A DNA stretch of 64,000 nucleotides from Coprothermobacterota bacterium (GTDB taxonomy: Bacteria > Coprothermobacterota > Coprothermobacteria > Coprothermobacterales > Coprothermobacteraceae): assembly GCA_036679065.1 (NCBI GenBank), contig JAZIGN010000003.1, positions 512,001-576,000 of the forward strand. The letters run 5' to 3'. The translations under genes were made by a program, and so were the position numbers. Positions 56,045 through 64,000 of this stretch are shown one piece after another; within the stretch, counting starts at the first letter, position 1; each line of letters begins with the position of its first letter. The notes beneath the pieces were generated by a model, which had not been told where the DNA came from, did not search any database, and was given only the letters and a program-made list of their open reading frames with translations.

Positions 56045-57868
56045 GTGTACTTGGAAAAAGTCAAAAATGAGTTAAGGGACAAAAGAGCGGGAGTAAACTA
56101 CCACATACCCAAGCATTGGATGCCTTGTGGTTACAAAGGGCGTGTTTGTTTCGATGGTGTAAGGTTCAAAGTTGACCCATATGAGTTCTTTGAGGAAATG
56201 CTTAATGGCCTTGATGCATACAGCTTTTCCGTGAAGTCAGACAGTATTTACGTTGCATTTCCACGAACCACAAGTGCTTACAACCATAAAGGTTTTGGCC
56301 TTTTTGAACCGGAAGATCCTCTAGGATATAGGGAATCAGGCACATTCCTAAAGATGATGGCTGTTGCTCTTCATGCTAAACGAATGCATTTTGACACTAT
56401 GTATTTATTACCGGTCAGTATGCACAGTAATAGGTTCAAGAAAGGGACTGTGGGGTCTCCGTATGCTGTGAGTGATCCACTGCGCATAGCTGATTACTTA
56501 GCAGATCCACTGCTAGATTTGAGTGCAGAAGAGCTTTTTGGTGCTTTCGTCGAGTTCTGCCACCGCATAGGAATGAGAGTAATCTTGGATTTTGTTCCAA
56601 GAACTGGTGCCCGTGACAGCGATCTTATCTTGGAGCATCCCGAGTGGTTTTACTGGGTTGATGTTGCCAGTGTAGGGAAATATGCTCCACCCAAAGCGCC
56701 TGAACTGGGTTTTAGGCAGTTATCCGATGAGGATATGGCCTACTTGTATCAGCGCCAAGATGTAAGGAACTTTCTTAGCTGTTTTCGGTGGTCCCCTTCC
56801 CATACTGAACCGGAAAAATGGGATAACTTTGTTAAAGCTAATAGGGGAAAGGATTTTCTTCCCGAGCTGGTGAAAACCTTCGGTGTCATAACTCCTCCAG
56901 GGTTTAGCGATTGGCTTAATGATCCTCAGCCAACGTGGGACGATGTAACGTTTTATCGTCTATTCTTGGACCATCCCGATGTAGCAAAACCCTTTGTGGG
57001 GGATGATCAGCCACCTTACGTCCTTTTTGACGTTATTAAAGCAAGTCGCTTCCCTGGTTCGAAACCAAACAGGGAACTTTGGGACTATTTATCAGGCATT
57101 ATTGCGTACTACATTGAGAGATTTGACATTGACGGTGCACGCATTGACATGGGCCACGCTTTGCCCAAAGAACTAGAGCAGCGAATGATGGAAAAAGCCC
57201 TAAAAATGAAGCCTGATTCCATGCTCATTGCTGAAGAACTTAATCCTGAGGGTGATGTTAGGGCTAAAGAGTCAAATTATGGAGCAATTATAGGTAATAG
57301 TTGGTGGATGTTGCCACGTCGAGAAAAGATCGTAGAACTTTTTACTGATAGTACAAAAAGGGTTTTACCTTTGTGGGCGGCTGTGGAGACACCTGACACA
57401 CCAAGGATTTTTGGTAGACTGCCATATCATGAAGCACTGCAGCGTTTGGTAATGTCTGCCTTTCTCCCCAACAGCTATTTTGTTGTAAACGCCGGTTTGG
57501 AGCTCTTGGAGAAGCAGCCCATGAATTTAGGTTTGGATGCAACCTTGGACGATAAGTGGGTGCTTCCAAGAGATGACGAATTCTACGGTAAGCTTAGTTT
57601 TTTTGACCACTACGCACTTCATTGGGATAGCGAGAAGGATCTAACGTACATAATTGGTAAACTTAACAGACTCAGGGTTACACATTACGATGCCATGGCT
57701 AAAATCTGTAGCACCGAGCCTTTAATGGTGAAACACAAAGGTGCAATGTTTGTATGGAACAACACAGAAAAACCCATAAGTTATACGGAAGCGCCCTTAC
57801 TGTGTGTGGGAACCGCAGTTTTGGATACACTTCAAACCGACGGAGTTGCACTATTCAAACATGAGTAG
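56045..57868 (+). CDS. GH13 maltosyltransferase-like 4-alpha-glucanotransferase (Thermotoga MTase type)
   Basis: PRTTSAYNHKG, KKG..GSPY, LDFVPRTGARDSDLI.EHPEWFYW, NDPQPTWDDVT, RIDMGHAL, AEEL, ETPDTPR. Confidence 0.88.
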   Translation: MYLEKVKNELRDKRAGVNYHIPKHWMPCGYKGRVCFDGVRFKVDPYEFFEEMLNGLDAYSFSVKSDSIYVAFPRTTSAYNHKGFGLFEPEDPLGYRESGTFLKMMAVALHAKRMHFDTMYLLPVSMHSNRFKKGTVGSPYAVSDPLRIADYLADPLLDLSAEELFGAFVEFCHRIGMRVILDFVPRTGARDSDLILEHPEWFYWVDVASVGKYAPPKAPELGFRQLSDEDMAYLYQRQDVRNFLSCFRWSPSHTEPEKWDNFVKANRGKDFLPELVKTFGVITPPGFSDWLNDPQPTWDDVTFYRLFLDHPDVAKPFVGDDQPPYVLFDVIKASRFPGSKPNRELWDYLSGIIAYYIERFDIDGARIDMGHALPKELEQRMMEKALKMKPDSMLIAEELNPEGDVRAKESNYGAIIGNSWWMLPRREKIVELFTDSTKRVLPLWAAVETPDTPRIFGRLPYHEALQRLVMSAFLPNSYFVVNAGLELLEKQPMNLGLDATLDDKWVLPRDDEFYGKLSFFDHYALHWDSEKDLTYIIGKLNRLRVTHYDAMAKICSTEPLMVKHKGAMFVWNNTEKPISYTEAPLLCVGTAVLDTLQTDGVALFKHE

Positions 57869-58958
57869 AGAACTAAAAGCCCTTGGGATGGGATATTTGC
57901 TTTGGGGGTTTTCCATTGGGCTGTACACTACTCAGTGGCCAGTATTTCTGTTGTATAAGTTGGGAGATCCTGGGCAAGTTGGCTTGGCTAACGGTCTCAT
58001 AAGTGCTACTGCGGTGCTTAGCTATTTTGTAGGTGCTTGGATGGGCAACCATTTCCCTAAGAAACCTTTATTTATGCTCAGCTGGGGTGGTAGCGCTATT
58101 GCTCCACTGCTCTGGGCTTTCGGCAGCAGCGATTGGACTATTTACCTCGGTTGTGCGCTTTTTGGGTTCATAAGCAGTTATTCCAGTCCACTGATAAACT
58201 CATACTTTCTAGACGAACTTGGTGATGAGTTCATGAAAGGAAGCATGTATACATCAAGTACTTACAGTATTGGGATGATGGTAGGCCCTTTTGTGGGAGG
58301 TGTGCTTAAAGATATTGGGGGGTATAAGTTATTGATGATTGTAACAGCGATCTCTTTTGTTTTTTCTGCGGTTCCTCTGGCTTTTCTGAAAAAGGATGAG
58401 CCAAAGAAGAAAAGCCTGATGCTTCCAAAAGATCGTTCATATTATCAAGCTTTGCTATGGGCAGCTGTGATGAGTTTTGCCATGATGATCACTGTACCTT
58501 ATGCTCCATTGTATGCAAAGGAACGTTTTGCTCTCTCAGGTACCATGCTTGGGCTTTTGGGAAGTATTTCTGCCATTGGAGCGGTACTTCTGACCTATTT
58601 GGCTGTACGTGTGTCTCATCGTTCCATCATACTTAGGATATCCGTTTGGTGCGGCATCTTGGGAACGATGCTTCTCATCAGTAATAGATGGTTTTTGTGG
58701 ATAGCGTTTTTCTTTAGAGGCGCTTTCATGAACACGTATTCGCTGATAACCAGCGGTGTGTCGCATCGTGTTCCTAAGGATTACTCATACATTGGTTTTG
58801 CTCTCCTTACGGCCACTATTGCTGCCTTTAACAGTTTAGCTTCGGCTGTAGGTGGGTACATTTATAATACAGGACCAATAGTCTTGTTCTTGCTTTCGTC
58901 AGTGTTGATGTGGTTCAGTTTGTATTTATATAAGCTATTGGCCGAGTCACGACAGTAA
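57861..58958 (+). CDS. MFS transporter
   Basis: About 12 hydrophobic segments; GAWMGNHFPKK (motif A-like), GMMVGPFVGG. Start ATG 57861. Confidence 0.85.
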   Translation: MSRELKALGMGYLLWGFSIGLYTTQWPVFLLYKLGDPGQVGLANGLISATAVLSYFVGAWMGNHFPKKPLFMLSWGGSAIAPLLWAFGSSDWTIYLGCALFGFISSYSSPLINSYFLDELGDEFMKGSMYTSSTYSIGMMVGPFVGGVLKDIGGYKLLMIVTAISFVFSAVPLAFLKKDEPKKKSLMLPKDRSYYQALLWAAVMSFAMMITVPYAPLYAKERFALSGTMLGLLGSISAIGAVLLTYLAVRVSHRSIILRISVWCGILGTMLLISNRWFLWIAFFFRGAFMNTYSLITSGVSHRVPKDYSYIGFALLTATIAAFNSLASAVGGYIYNTGPIVLFLLSSVLMWFSLYLYKLLAESRQ

Positions 58959-58994
58959 GTTTGGATTTTGAAGTTTAATAAAGGGGTGATGCTT

Positions 58995-59369
58995 GTGAAA
59001 AGGTACGTAGTAGATGGGATTTTCAAACCTACAGGGCCCTATGTCCATGCTGTAGAAAGTGGCAATCTTGTTTTTGTTAGTGGTCTGTTGGGTGCAAAAC
59101 CTGATGGAACGTTACCAGAAGATCCTGATTTGCAACTTTCACAAATGTTTGCTAACGTTGATGAATTGCTGAAGGCCTTAGGTATTGGTAAAGATGCAGT
59201 TGTGAAAACCACGGTTTTTATGAAAGACATGTCGTATGCTGCAAAGCTTAATGAGCGCTATGCAGCCTTTTTTGGAAGTGATTTACCAGCTAGGAGTATG
59301 ATACAGGTAGCAGGATTGCCCATGAATGCTTTTTTTGAGATGGAGCTAGTTGCTCAGAGAAGTGAGTAA
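58995..59369 (+). CDS. ridA: RidA/YjgF-family enamine/imine deaminase
   Basis: GPYVHAV, VFVSG, VVKTTVF, Y..FF...PARS..QVAGLP...EME. Confidence 0.9.
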   Translation: MKRYVVDGIFKPTGPYVHAVESGNLVFVSGLLGAKPDGTLPEDPDLQLSQMFANVDELLKALGIGKDAVVKTTVFMKDMSYAAKLNERYAAFFGSDLPARSMIQVAGLPMNAFFEMELVAQRSE

Positions 59370-59397
59370 CTTAGTTGAGAAGAAAGGAGGTTCACAC

Positions 59398-59907
59398 ATG
59401 GCAGGGAAAATAGCCATATTGCTGGATGATGGTTTTGAGGACCTGGAGTTCTTTTATCCTTATTTTAGGGTGCAGGAGGACAACTTTGAGCCAGTAGTGC
59501 TGGGTGTTGAGCCCAAATTAGCGAAGGGAAAGAATGGCTTGTATTTTCAGATAACGGAAACTTTGGCAAAACACAATCCAGAAGAATTTGTCGGGCTTTA
59601 TATTCCGGGCGGGCATGCCCCCGATCGCCTTCGCCGCTTTGACGAGGTCAAGGAATTCGTTTCAGCATTCTACAAGTTGGGTAAACCTGTTGGAACTATT
59701 TGTCATGGACCTCAGGTGCTCATCTCAGCGAAAGTAGTTGAGGGAGTAACTATGACTTCAGTATCTGCCATAAAAGACGACTTGGAAAACGCAGGTGCCA
59801 TCTGGGTTAACCAACCAGTGGTGGTGGATAAGAACATCGTTAGTAGCCGAGTTCCCGATGATTTACCGTTCAATCTTCCAGCGTTCCTAGCTCTTCTTCC
59901 CAAATAG
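59398..59907 (+). CDS. pfpI: PfpI/DJ-1 family protein
   Basis: GFEDLE, IPGGHAPDRLR, ICHGPQ, SSRVPDDLP. ATG 59398 after AAAGGAGG. Confidence 0.92.
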   Translation: MAGKIAILLDDGFEDLEFFYPYFRVQEDNFEPVVLGVEPKLAKGKNGLYFQITETLAKHNPEEFVGLYIPGGHAPDRLRRFDEVKEFVSAFYKLGKPVGTICHGPQVLISAKVVEGVTMTSVSAIKDDLENAGAIWVNQPVVVDKNIVSSRVPDDLPFNLPAFLALLPK

Positions 59908-60126
59908 CTTACGTATAAAGGCGAGTATTTCATCTTGTAACAGGGCGAAGAGTATTACAAATAGTATTAAGCTTACAAAAGCGTTAGCGTATTTGCCTTC
60001 GTTCGTTGGCGGCACGAAGATGGCAAGCGCTGCTGTTATCAGAAAGCCTGGGAATACAATCATTACAGCAAGAACCTTGAGCAGAAGTGCGGCTTGCTTC
60101 CGAAGTTCTTTATTGACGTCGTTCAT
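59887..60126 (-). CDS. Small two-TM hypothetical protein
   Basis: 79 aa with two hydrophobic helices; AAGGTGAG upstream; overlaps the transporter stop and the pfpI 3' end. Confidence 0.6.
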   Translation of the reverse strand: MNDVNKELRKQAALLLKVLAVMIVFPGFLITAALAIFVPPTNEGKYANAFVSLILFVILFALLQDEILAFIRKLFGKKS

Positions 60127-61768
60127 CGCTCACCTTCTCTCCATGGATACGTGAAAAATTCTGCACTACATTAAGGCAATGGTCAGCCACACGCTCTAGG
60201 TTGGTTAGAATGTCCACGTAAATAACTGCAGCACTTACAGAGACTTCGCCTTGAATTAAGCGCTCGGTTCTTTCGTTTCTGAGTTCCTTGACTAAAGCAT
60301 CAATCTGTTCTTCCGTAAGGACGGTAACTTCTAAAATGCTTTCTGAGAAACCGTTGTCAATTACCTGCTGTGCTCTGTCCAAATTAGCCTTTACTAGACC
60401 AAAAAGCTGTTTTAAGGATTCTTGACCTTTGGGGCTAAAGTGCACATCATTTTCATACACGAATTCAGCGAACTCCATCAAGTTAGTCGCGTGGTCACCC
60501 CATCTTTCCACATCGTCCATGCTGTGAACAATGGCAGATAAATATGCCACTTCTTCTTCTGACAAGGATGTCTGTGCTAGTTTGTTTGCATACTGCAAGC
60601 CATCACTGTAAAGGTCGTCAACTAAGTTTTCCATATTCCAAATTTCTTCACCATTGTACTTTTCTTCCTTGAGAATCATTTCAACAACAGAGTTTAGCAT
60701 GCTAATGCTCACATCAGCCATGTATTTTAAGGTACTTCTAAGAGCATCTAAAGCTAAAGAAGGAGCAGACAACAAGTTTGCGTGCAAATACTCGGGCTTT
60801 GTGAAAATCTTTTCCTCACCTTTGACCAGCCACTTCACGAGCTTAGCGAAGTTATTTACTTGGAAGGCCCAAAACAAAGCCCAGACGACGTTGAACAAAG
60901 TATGGGAATTTGCTATGAGTCGCGGTAAGGAAACATCGCCGAAAACCTGAGAAATGCTTATTACGGCGTTTTGGTAAATTCCTGTAACAAGAAAAGGATA
61001 TATTAAGATGACACCGATGAGGTTGAAGAGTAGGTGAGCCACCGCCGTTCTTCTAGCACTTAGTTTGGTTCCAATAGAAGCCAAAAGAGCGGTTACGGTG
61101 GTACCAACATTTGCGCCCAGTACTAATGGTACTGCCGCGCCGAACGTCATTAATCCTTGACGTGCCATCGCCACAACTAGTGATGTTGTCGCAGATGATG
61201 ATTGTATGATGCCAGTAAATACCGCACCAGCTAATATACCCAGCCAAGGTTTAGTACTAAACGCTACTAAGAGACTTTGCAGATAAGCAGATTCCTTTAA
61301 TGGGCTGAGCCCTAGTTCCATAAACCATAGACCAGATAGAAGGAGTCCAAAAGAAAAAATCGATAGACCAATAGTCTTTGCTCTTTTCTTTTTGCCAACT
61401 AAATACGTTATCAAACCTATGGGAAGAATGAACAAGCCCCACTGTGTTATGTTGAAGGCAACTATTTGAGCAGTAATAGTAGTTCCAATATTTGCTCCAA
61501 AAATCAAACCCAGAGCTGCTTCAAATGGTAGCATACCTGCATTTACCAACGCAACTGCAACTACTGTTGTTACCGAAGAAGACTGCCAGAGAGCTGTTAC
61601 GATGATACCCGTTAATAGCGCTTTCCAAGTTGTTCCGCTAATTCGAGTGATGATGGTTCTTAGGCGAATGCCTGCTAGTTCTTTTAAATAGTCACTGAAG
61701 GCAAGCAAACCATACAAGAAGACAGAAAGGCCACCAAGAGCGAGCCCAATATATTGCAGTGGCTGCAT
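60110..61768 (-). CDS. Na+/phosphate cotransporter family protein with PhoU-like tail
   Basis: Two QSSS repeats, GANIGTT/GANVGTT, AHLLFN, C-terminal ERWGDHATN and LERVADHC. ATG 61768 after AAGGAGG. Confidence 0.93.
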   Translation of the reverse strand: MQPLQYIGLALGGLSVFLYGLLAFSDYLKELAGIRLRTIITRISGTTWKALLTGIIVTALWQSSSVTTVVAVALVNAGMLPFEAALGLIFGANIGTTITAQIVAFNITQWGLFILPIGLITYLVGKKKRAKTIGLSIFSFGLLLSGLWFMELGLSPLKESAYLQSLLVAFSTKPWLGILAGAVFTGIIQSSSATTSLVVAMARQGLMTFGAAVPLVLGANVGTTVTALLASIGTKLSARRTAVAHLLFNLIGVILIYPFLVTGIYQNAVISISQVFGDVSLPRLIANSHTLFNVVWALFWAFQVNNFAKLVKWLVKGEEKIFTKPEYLHANLLSAPSLALDALRSTLKYMADVSISMLNSVVEMILKEEKYNGEEIWNMENLVDDLYSDGLQYANKLAQTSLSEEEVAYLSAIVHSMDDVERWGDHATNLMEFAEFVYENDVHFSPKGQESLKQLFGLVKANLDRAQQVIDNGFSESILEVTVLTEEQIDALVKELRNERTERLIQGEVSVSAAVIYVDILTNLERVADHCLNVVQNFSRIHGEKVSDERRQ

Positions 61769-61864
61769 TAGTACCTCCTTATTTTGATTGGTGGTTATAT
61801 TAACTACTTTAGATTCTAACACGCCGAAGAAAGGGTAGTACAATGTTAAATGGAGGTGAACTTA

Positions 61865-63781
61865 ATGTCATTTCTAGATGAAACGGGCTCTGATCTTTTG
61901 CTAGGTAATGAAGCCATTGCCAGGGGGGCTTTGGAAGCGGATGTAGCATGCGTAGCCGCTTATCCGGGAACTCCTTCCACAGAGGTCACCGAGACGTTGA
62001 GTAAATATGCAAAGCAGACGGGTGTATATGTGGAATACTCTACAAATGAAAAGGTTGCCCTGGAAGTGGCTACGGCTTTTTCGTGGTCAAACCTAAGAGC
62101 CATGGCAACCATGAAACATGTAGGGCTTAACGTCGCAGCAGATACGTTCATGTCGCTTGCCTATCAGGGAGCGGTGGCAGGCTTGGTGATTTTGACCGCT
62201 GACGACCCAGGAATGTGGAGTTCACAAAACGAGCAAGATAACCGAATTTTCGGCAAATTCGCAGGAGTTCCTGTACTTGTTCCTTCAGATCCTCAGGAGG
62301 CTAAAGATTTTACCAAGATAGCTTTCGAACTTAGTGAATCGATTGGTGCACCGGTTCTTCTAAGGAGTACAACCCGAGTTAGTCATACGCGAAGTTCTGT
62401 AACGTTTTCCTCGTTAGGAGAAAACGTTAGGCAAGGAAACCGGAGGAAGGGCACTTTTAAGCCGGACATTGTCAGGTTCGTAAGTTTACCAGCCAACGCC
62501 AAGAAAAATCATCCTAAAGTGCTGCAGCGGTTGGACCAAGCTATCAGTTTTTCACGTAACCATGAGCTCAATAGGTTAGAAGGGTCAGGTAAAGTTGGCG
62601 TAATCACTCAGGGCGTGGAGTATCTCTATGTAAAGGAAGCGGAACGTGACTTAGGCACCCAGTTGAACATACTTAAACTGGGCATGGTTTATCCGCTGGA
62701 TAAAGAATTGATCGTGGAGTTTGCCAAACAGTTGGATGTCTTGTTGGTGGTAGAGGAGCTAGAACCATTTTTGGAAGAAATGATCAAAGCAATACTTTAC
62801 GAAGCAGGGTTGAGCGTGCCGGTGCATGGGAAAGACGTGCTCCCCAGAGTTGACGAGCTTAATTACTGGAAAGTCCGCAATGCTTTAGAAAGGATTCTGA
62901 ACCTACTGGTGACAGAGCCACAAATAGCTCAGGTGCCTTCACTTCCTCCACGACCTCCAGTGCTTTGTCCAGGCTGTGCGCATAGAAACGTTTTTTACAT
63001 GGTTAAGAAGACGGAAAGGAAATCTGTTAAACCCTCCGATATTGGTTGTTATACCTTAGGTGCGTTGGATCCATTAAAAGCTATTGATACATGTATTGCT
63101 ATGGGCGCATCGGTAGGTTTGGGGAGCGGTATGGCAAAAGCTCAAGAGGAAAGGGTCATTTCTACCATAGGTGACAGCACGTTTTTCCATACGGGTTTGC
63201 CTGCTTTGGTGAACGCAGTATATAACAGGAGCAAACTCACACTCATCGTATTGGATAACCGTATAACAGCTATGACGGGCCATCAACCTAACCCATCTAC
63301 GGGTATAACAGCTTCTGGCGACATTGGTGCTCACTTGGATATTGAGCAGGTAGCTCGTGGGCTGGGCGTTGATTATGTGAAATCTGTGGATCCATACGAT
63401 TTACAGGCTTTAGAAGAGGCTATTAAGGAAGCAAATGACTATACCGTGGCTGTTATTGTGGCTAAACAGCCATGTGCACTGCTAAGGCAGAGACAACTTC
63501 AAAGAAGAGGAGAACGTGCTCCTCTGTACGCAGTAGAAGAAGAAAAATGTACTGGGTGTAGGGTGTGTGTGAACCTGCTGGGTTGCCCAGCCTTGGTTTT
63601 TGACCGAGACAAAAAGAAAGTTTCCATTGACGAAGATCTTTGTGCGGGTTGTTCTGCCTGCGCACAAGTGTGCCCTTACAATGCCATTTACGAGAAGAGC
63701 ATTGAAGGGGAGAAGAACTTTGATGTTGTGAGTGACGAATCGAGAGCGAGGTGGCAGCAGTGGTATACAACATTGTTTTAA
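61865..63781 (+). CDS. iorA: Indolepyruvate:ferredoxin oxidoreductase alpha subunit
   Basis: [58 protein letters not shown]-terminal ferredoxin. ATG 61865. Confidence 0.96.
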   Translation: MSFLDETGSDLLLGNEAIARGALEADVACVAAYPGTPSTEVTETLSKYAKQTGVYVEYSTNEKVALEVATAFSWSNLRAMATMKHVGLNVAADTFMSLAYQGAVAGLVILTADDPGMWSSQNEQDNRIFGKFAGVPVLVPSDPQEAKDFTKIAFELSESIGAPVLLRSTTRVSHTRSSVTFSSLGENVRQGNRRKGTFKPDIVRFVSLPANAKKNHPKVLQRLDQAISFSRNHELNRLEGSGKVGVITQGVEYLYVKEAERDLGTQLNILKLGMVYPLDKELIVEFAKQLDVLLVVEELEPFLEEMIKAILYEAGLSVPVHGKDVLPRVDELNYWKVRNALERILNLLVTEPQIAQVPSLPPRPPVLCPGCAHRNVFYMVKKTERKSVKPSDIGCYTLGALDPLKAIDTCIAMGASVGLGSGMAKAQEERVISTIGDSTFFHTGLPALVNAVYNRSKLTLIVLDNRITAMTGHQPNPSTGITASGDIGAHLDIEQVARGLGVDYVKSVDPYDLQALEEAIKEANDYTVAVIVAKQPCALLRQRQLQRRGERAPLYAVEEEKCTGCRVCVNLLGCPALVFDRDKKKVSIDEDLCAGCSACAQVCPYNAIYEKSIEGEKNFDVVSDESRARWQQWYTTLF

Positions 63782-64000
63782 CTGGCGTAGGTGGTCAAGG
63801 CATACTTACTGCCGCGAAGGTTTTGGGAAAAGCCGCAATGATGGCAGGCTACTATGCCGCAGTGGGTGAAATTCACGGTTTAGCTCAAAGAGGGGGCTCA
63901 GTTATTGGTTTTGTTCGTATTTCGGAAAATCCTGTTGCCTCCACAGTACCAGAGGGTACTGCAGATTTGCTTCTCTCTTTTGAGCCACTAGAAGCCATTC
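63760..64000 (+). CDS. iorB: Indolepyruvate:ferredoxin oxidoreductase beta subunit (partial)
   Basis: Not in the ORF track. GTG 63760 after GAGGTG gives [25 protein letters not shown]...[13 protein letters not shown]...; runs off the window. Confidence 0.92.
   Translation, partial: MVYNIVLTGVGGQGILTAAKVLGKAAMMAGYYAAVGEIHGLAQRGGSVIGFVRISENPVASTVPEGTADLLLSFEPLEAI

Noticed and set aside
1277..63773. Many 60-156 aa ORFs antisense or out of frame within recognised genes (e.g. 20832-21302, 39155-39526, 42304-42669, 47951-48274)
   Set aside because: Shadow ORFs with no RBS or motifs, lying on well-supported genes.
1..64000. CRISPR arrays, tRNA/rRNA genes, IS elements, prophage, selenocysteine or frameshift recoding
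   Set aside because: I saw no spaced direct repeats, cloverleaf or rRNA signatures, or transposase/integrase motifs. Intergenic gaps are all about 300 bp or less, and the redox enzymes read through without in-frame TGA.

Overview
This is a gene-dense (~60 CDS) core-chromosome window from an anaerobic, probably thermophilic, peptide-fermenting bacterium. Gene content suggests a Coprothermobacter-like organism, but that is an inference. I found no rRNA, tRNA, CRISPR array, IS/transposase, integrase or prophage. Housekeeping genes include rpsA, recF, uvrC, xth, alr, tyrS, remA-gmk-rpoZ-coaBC-lepA-hemW and a class A PBP. Fermentation genes include a porCDAB-type and an iorAB 2-oxoacid:ferredoxin oxidoreductase, a five-gene proline/sarcosine dehydrogenase-like complex, tdh, lpdA, an M32 carboxypeptidase and PfpI. 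There is also a superoxide reductase with a ferritin-like protein, and a MacAB/YknXYZ-type exporter. The strongest lead is an atypical folate locus. It has FolP with an N-terminal reductase-like extension and a FolK-FolC fusion whose FolC half has lost key motifs. Head-to-head with it is an alpha-helical/TPR-like protein fused to a CofE-like (F420-0:gamma-glutamyl ligase family) domain that could be the real glutamate ligase. Other leads: an uncalled 33-aa Trp/Met-rich peptide with a strong RBS in front of the exporter; a recurring leaderless-gene pattern, including a divergent pair whose start codons are 18 nt apart and share one -10 element; a MoaD/ThiS-fold protein lacking the C-terminal GG; and a CZB chemoreceptor in line with an ECF sigma/anti-sigma pair. 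Several starts were moved from the ORF track using RBS or -10 positions. All functional calls come from motif recognition, not database searches.
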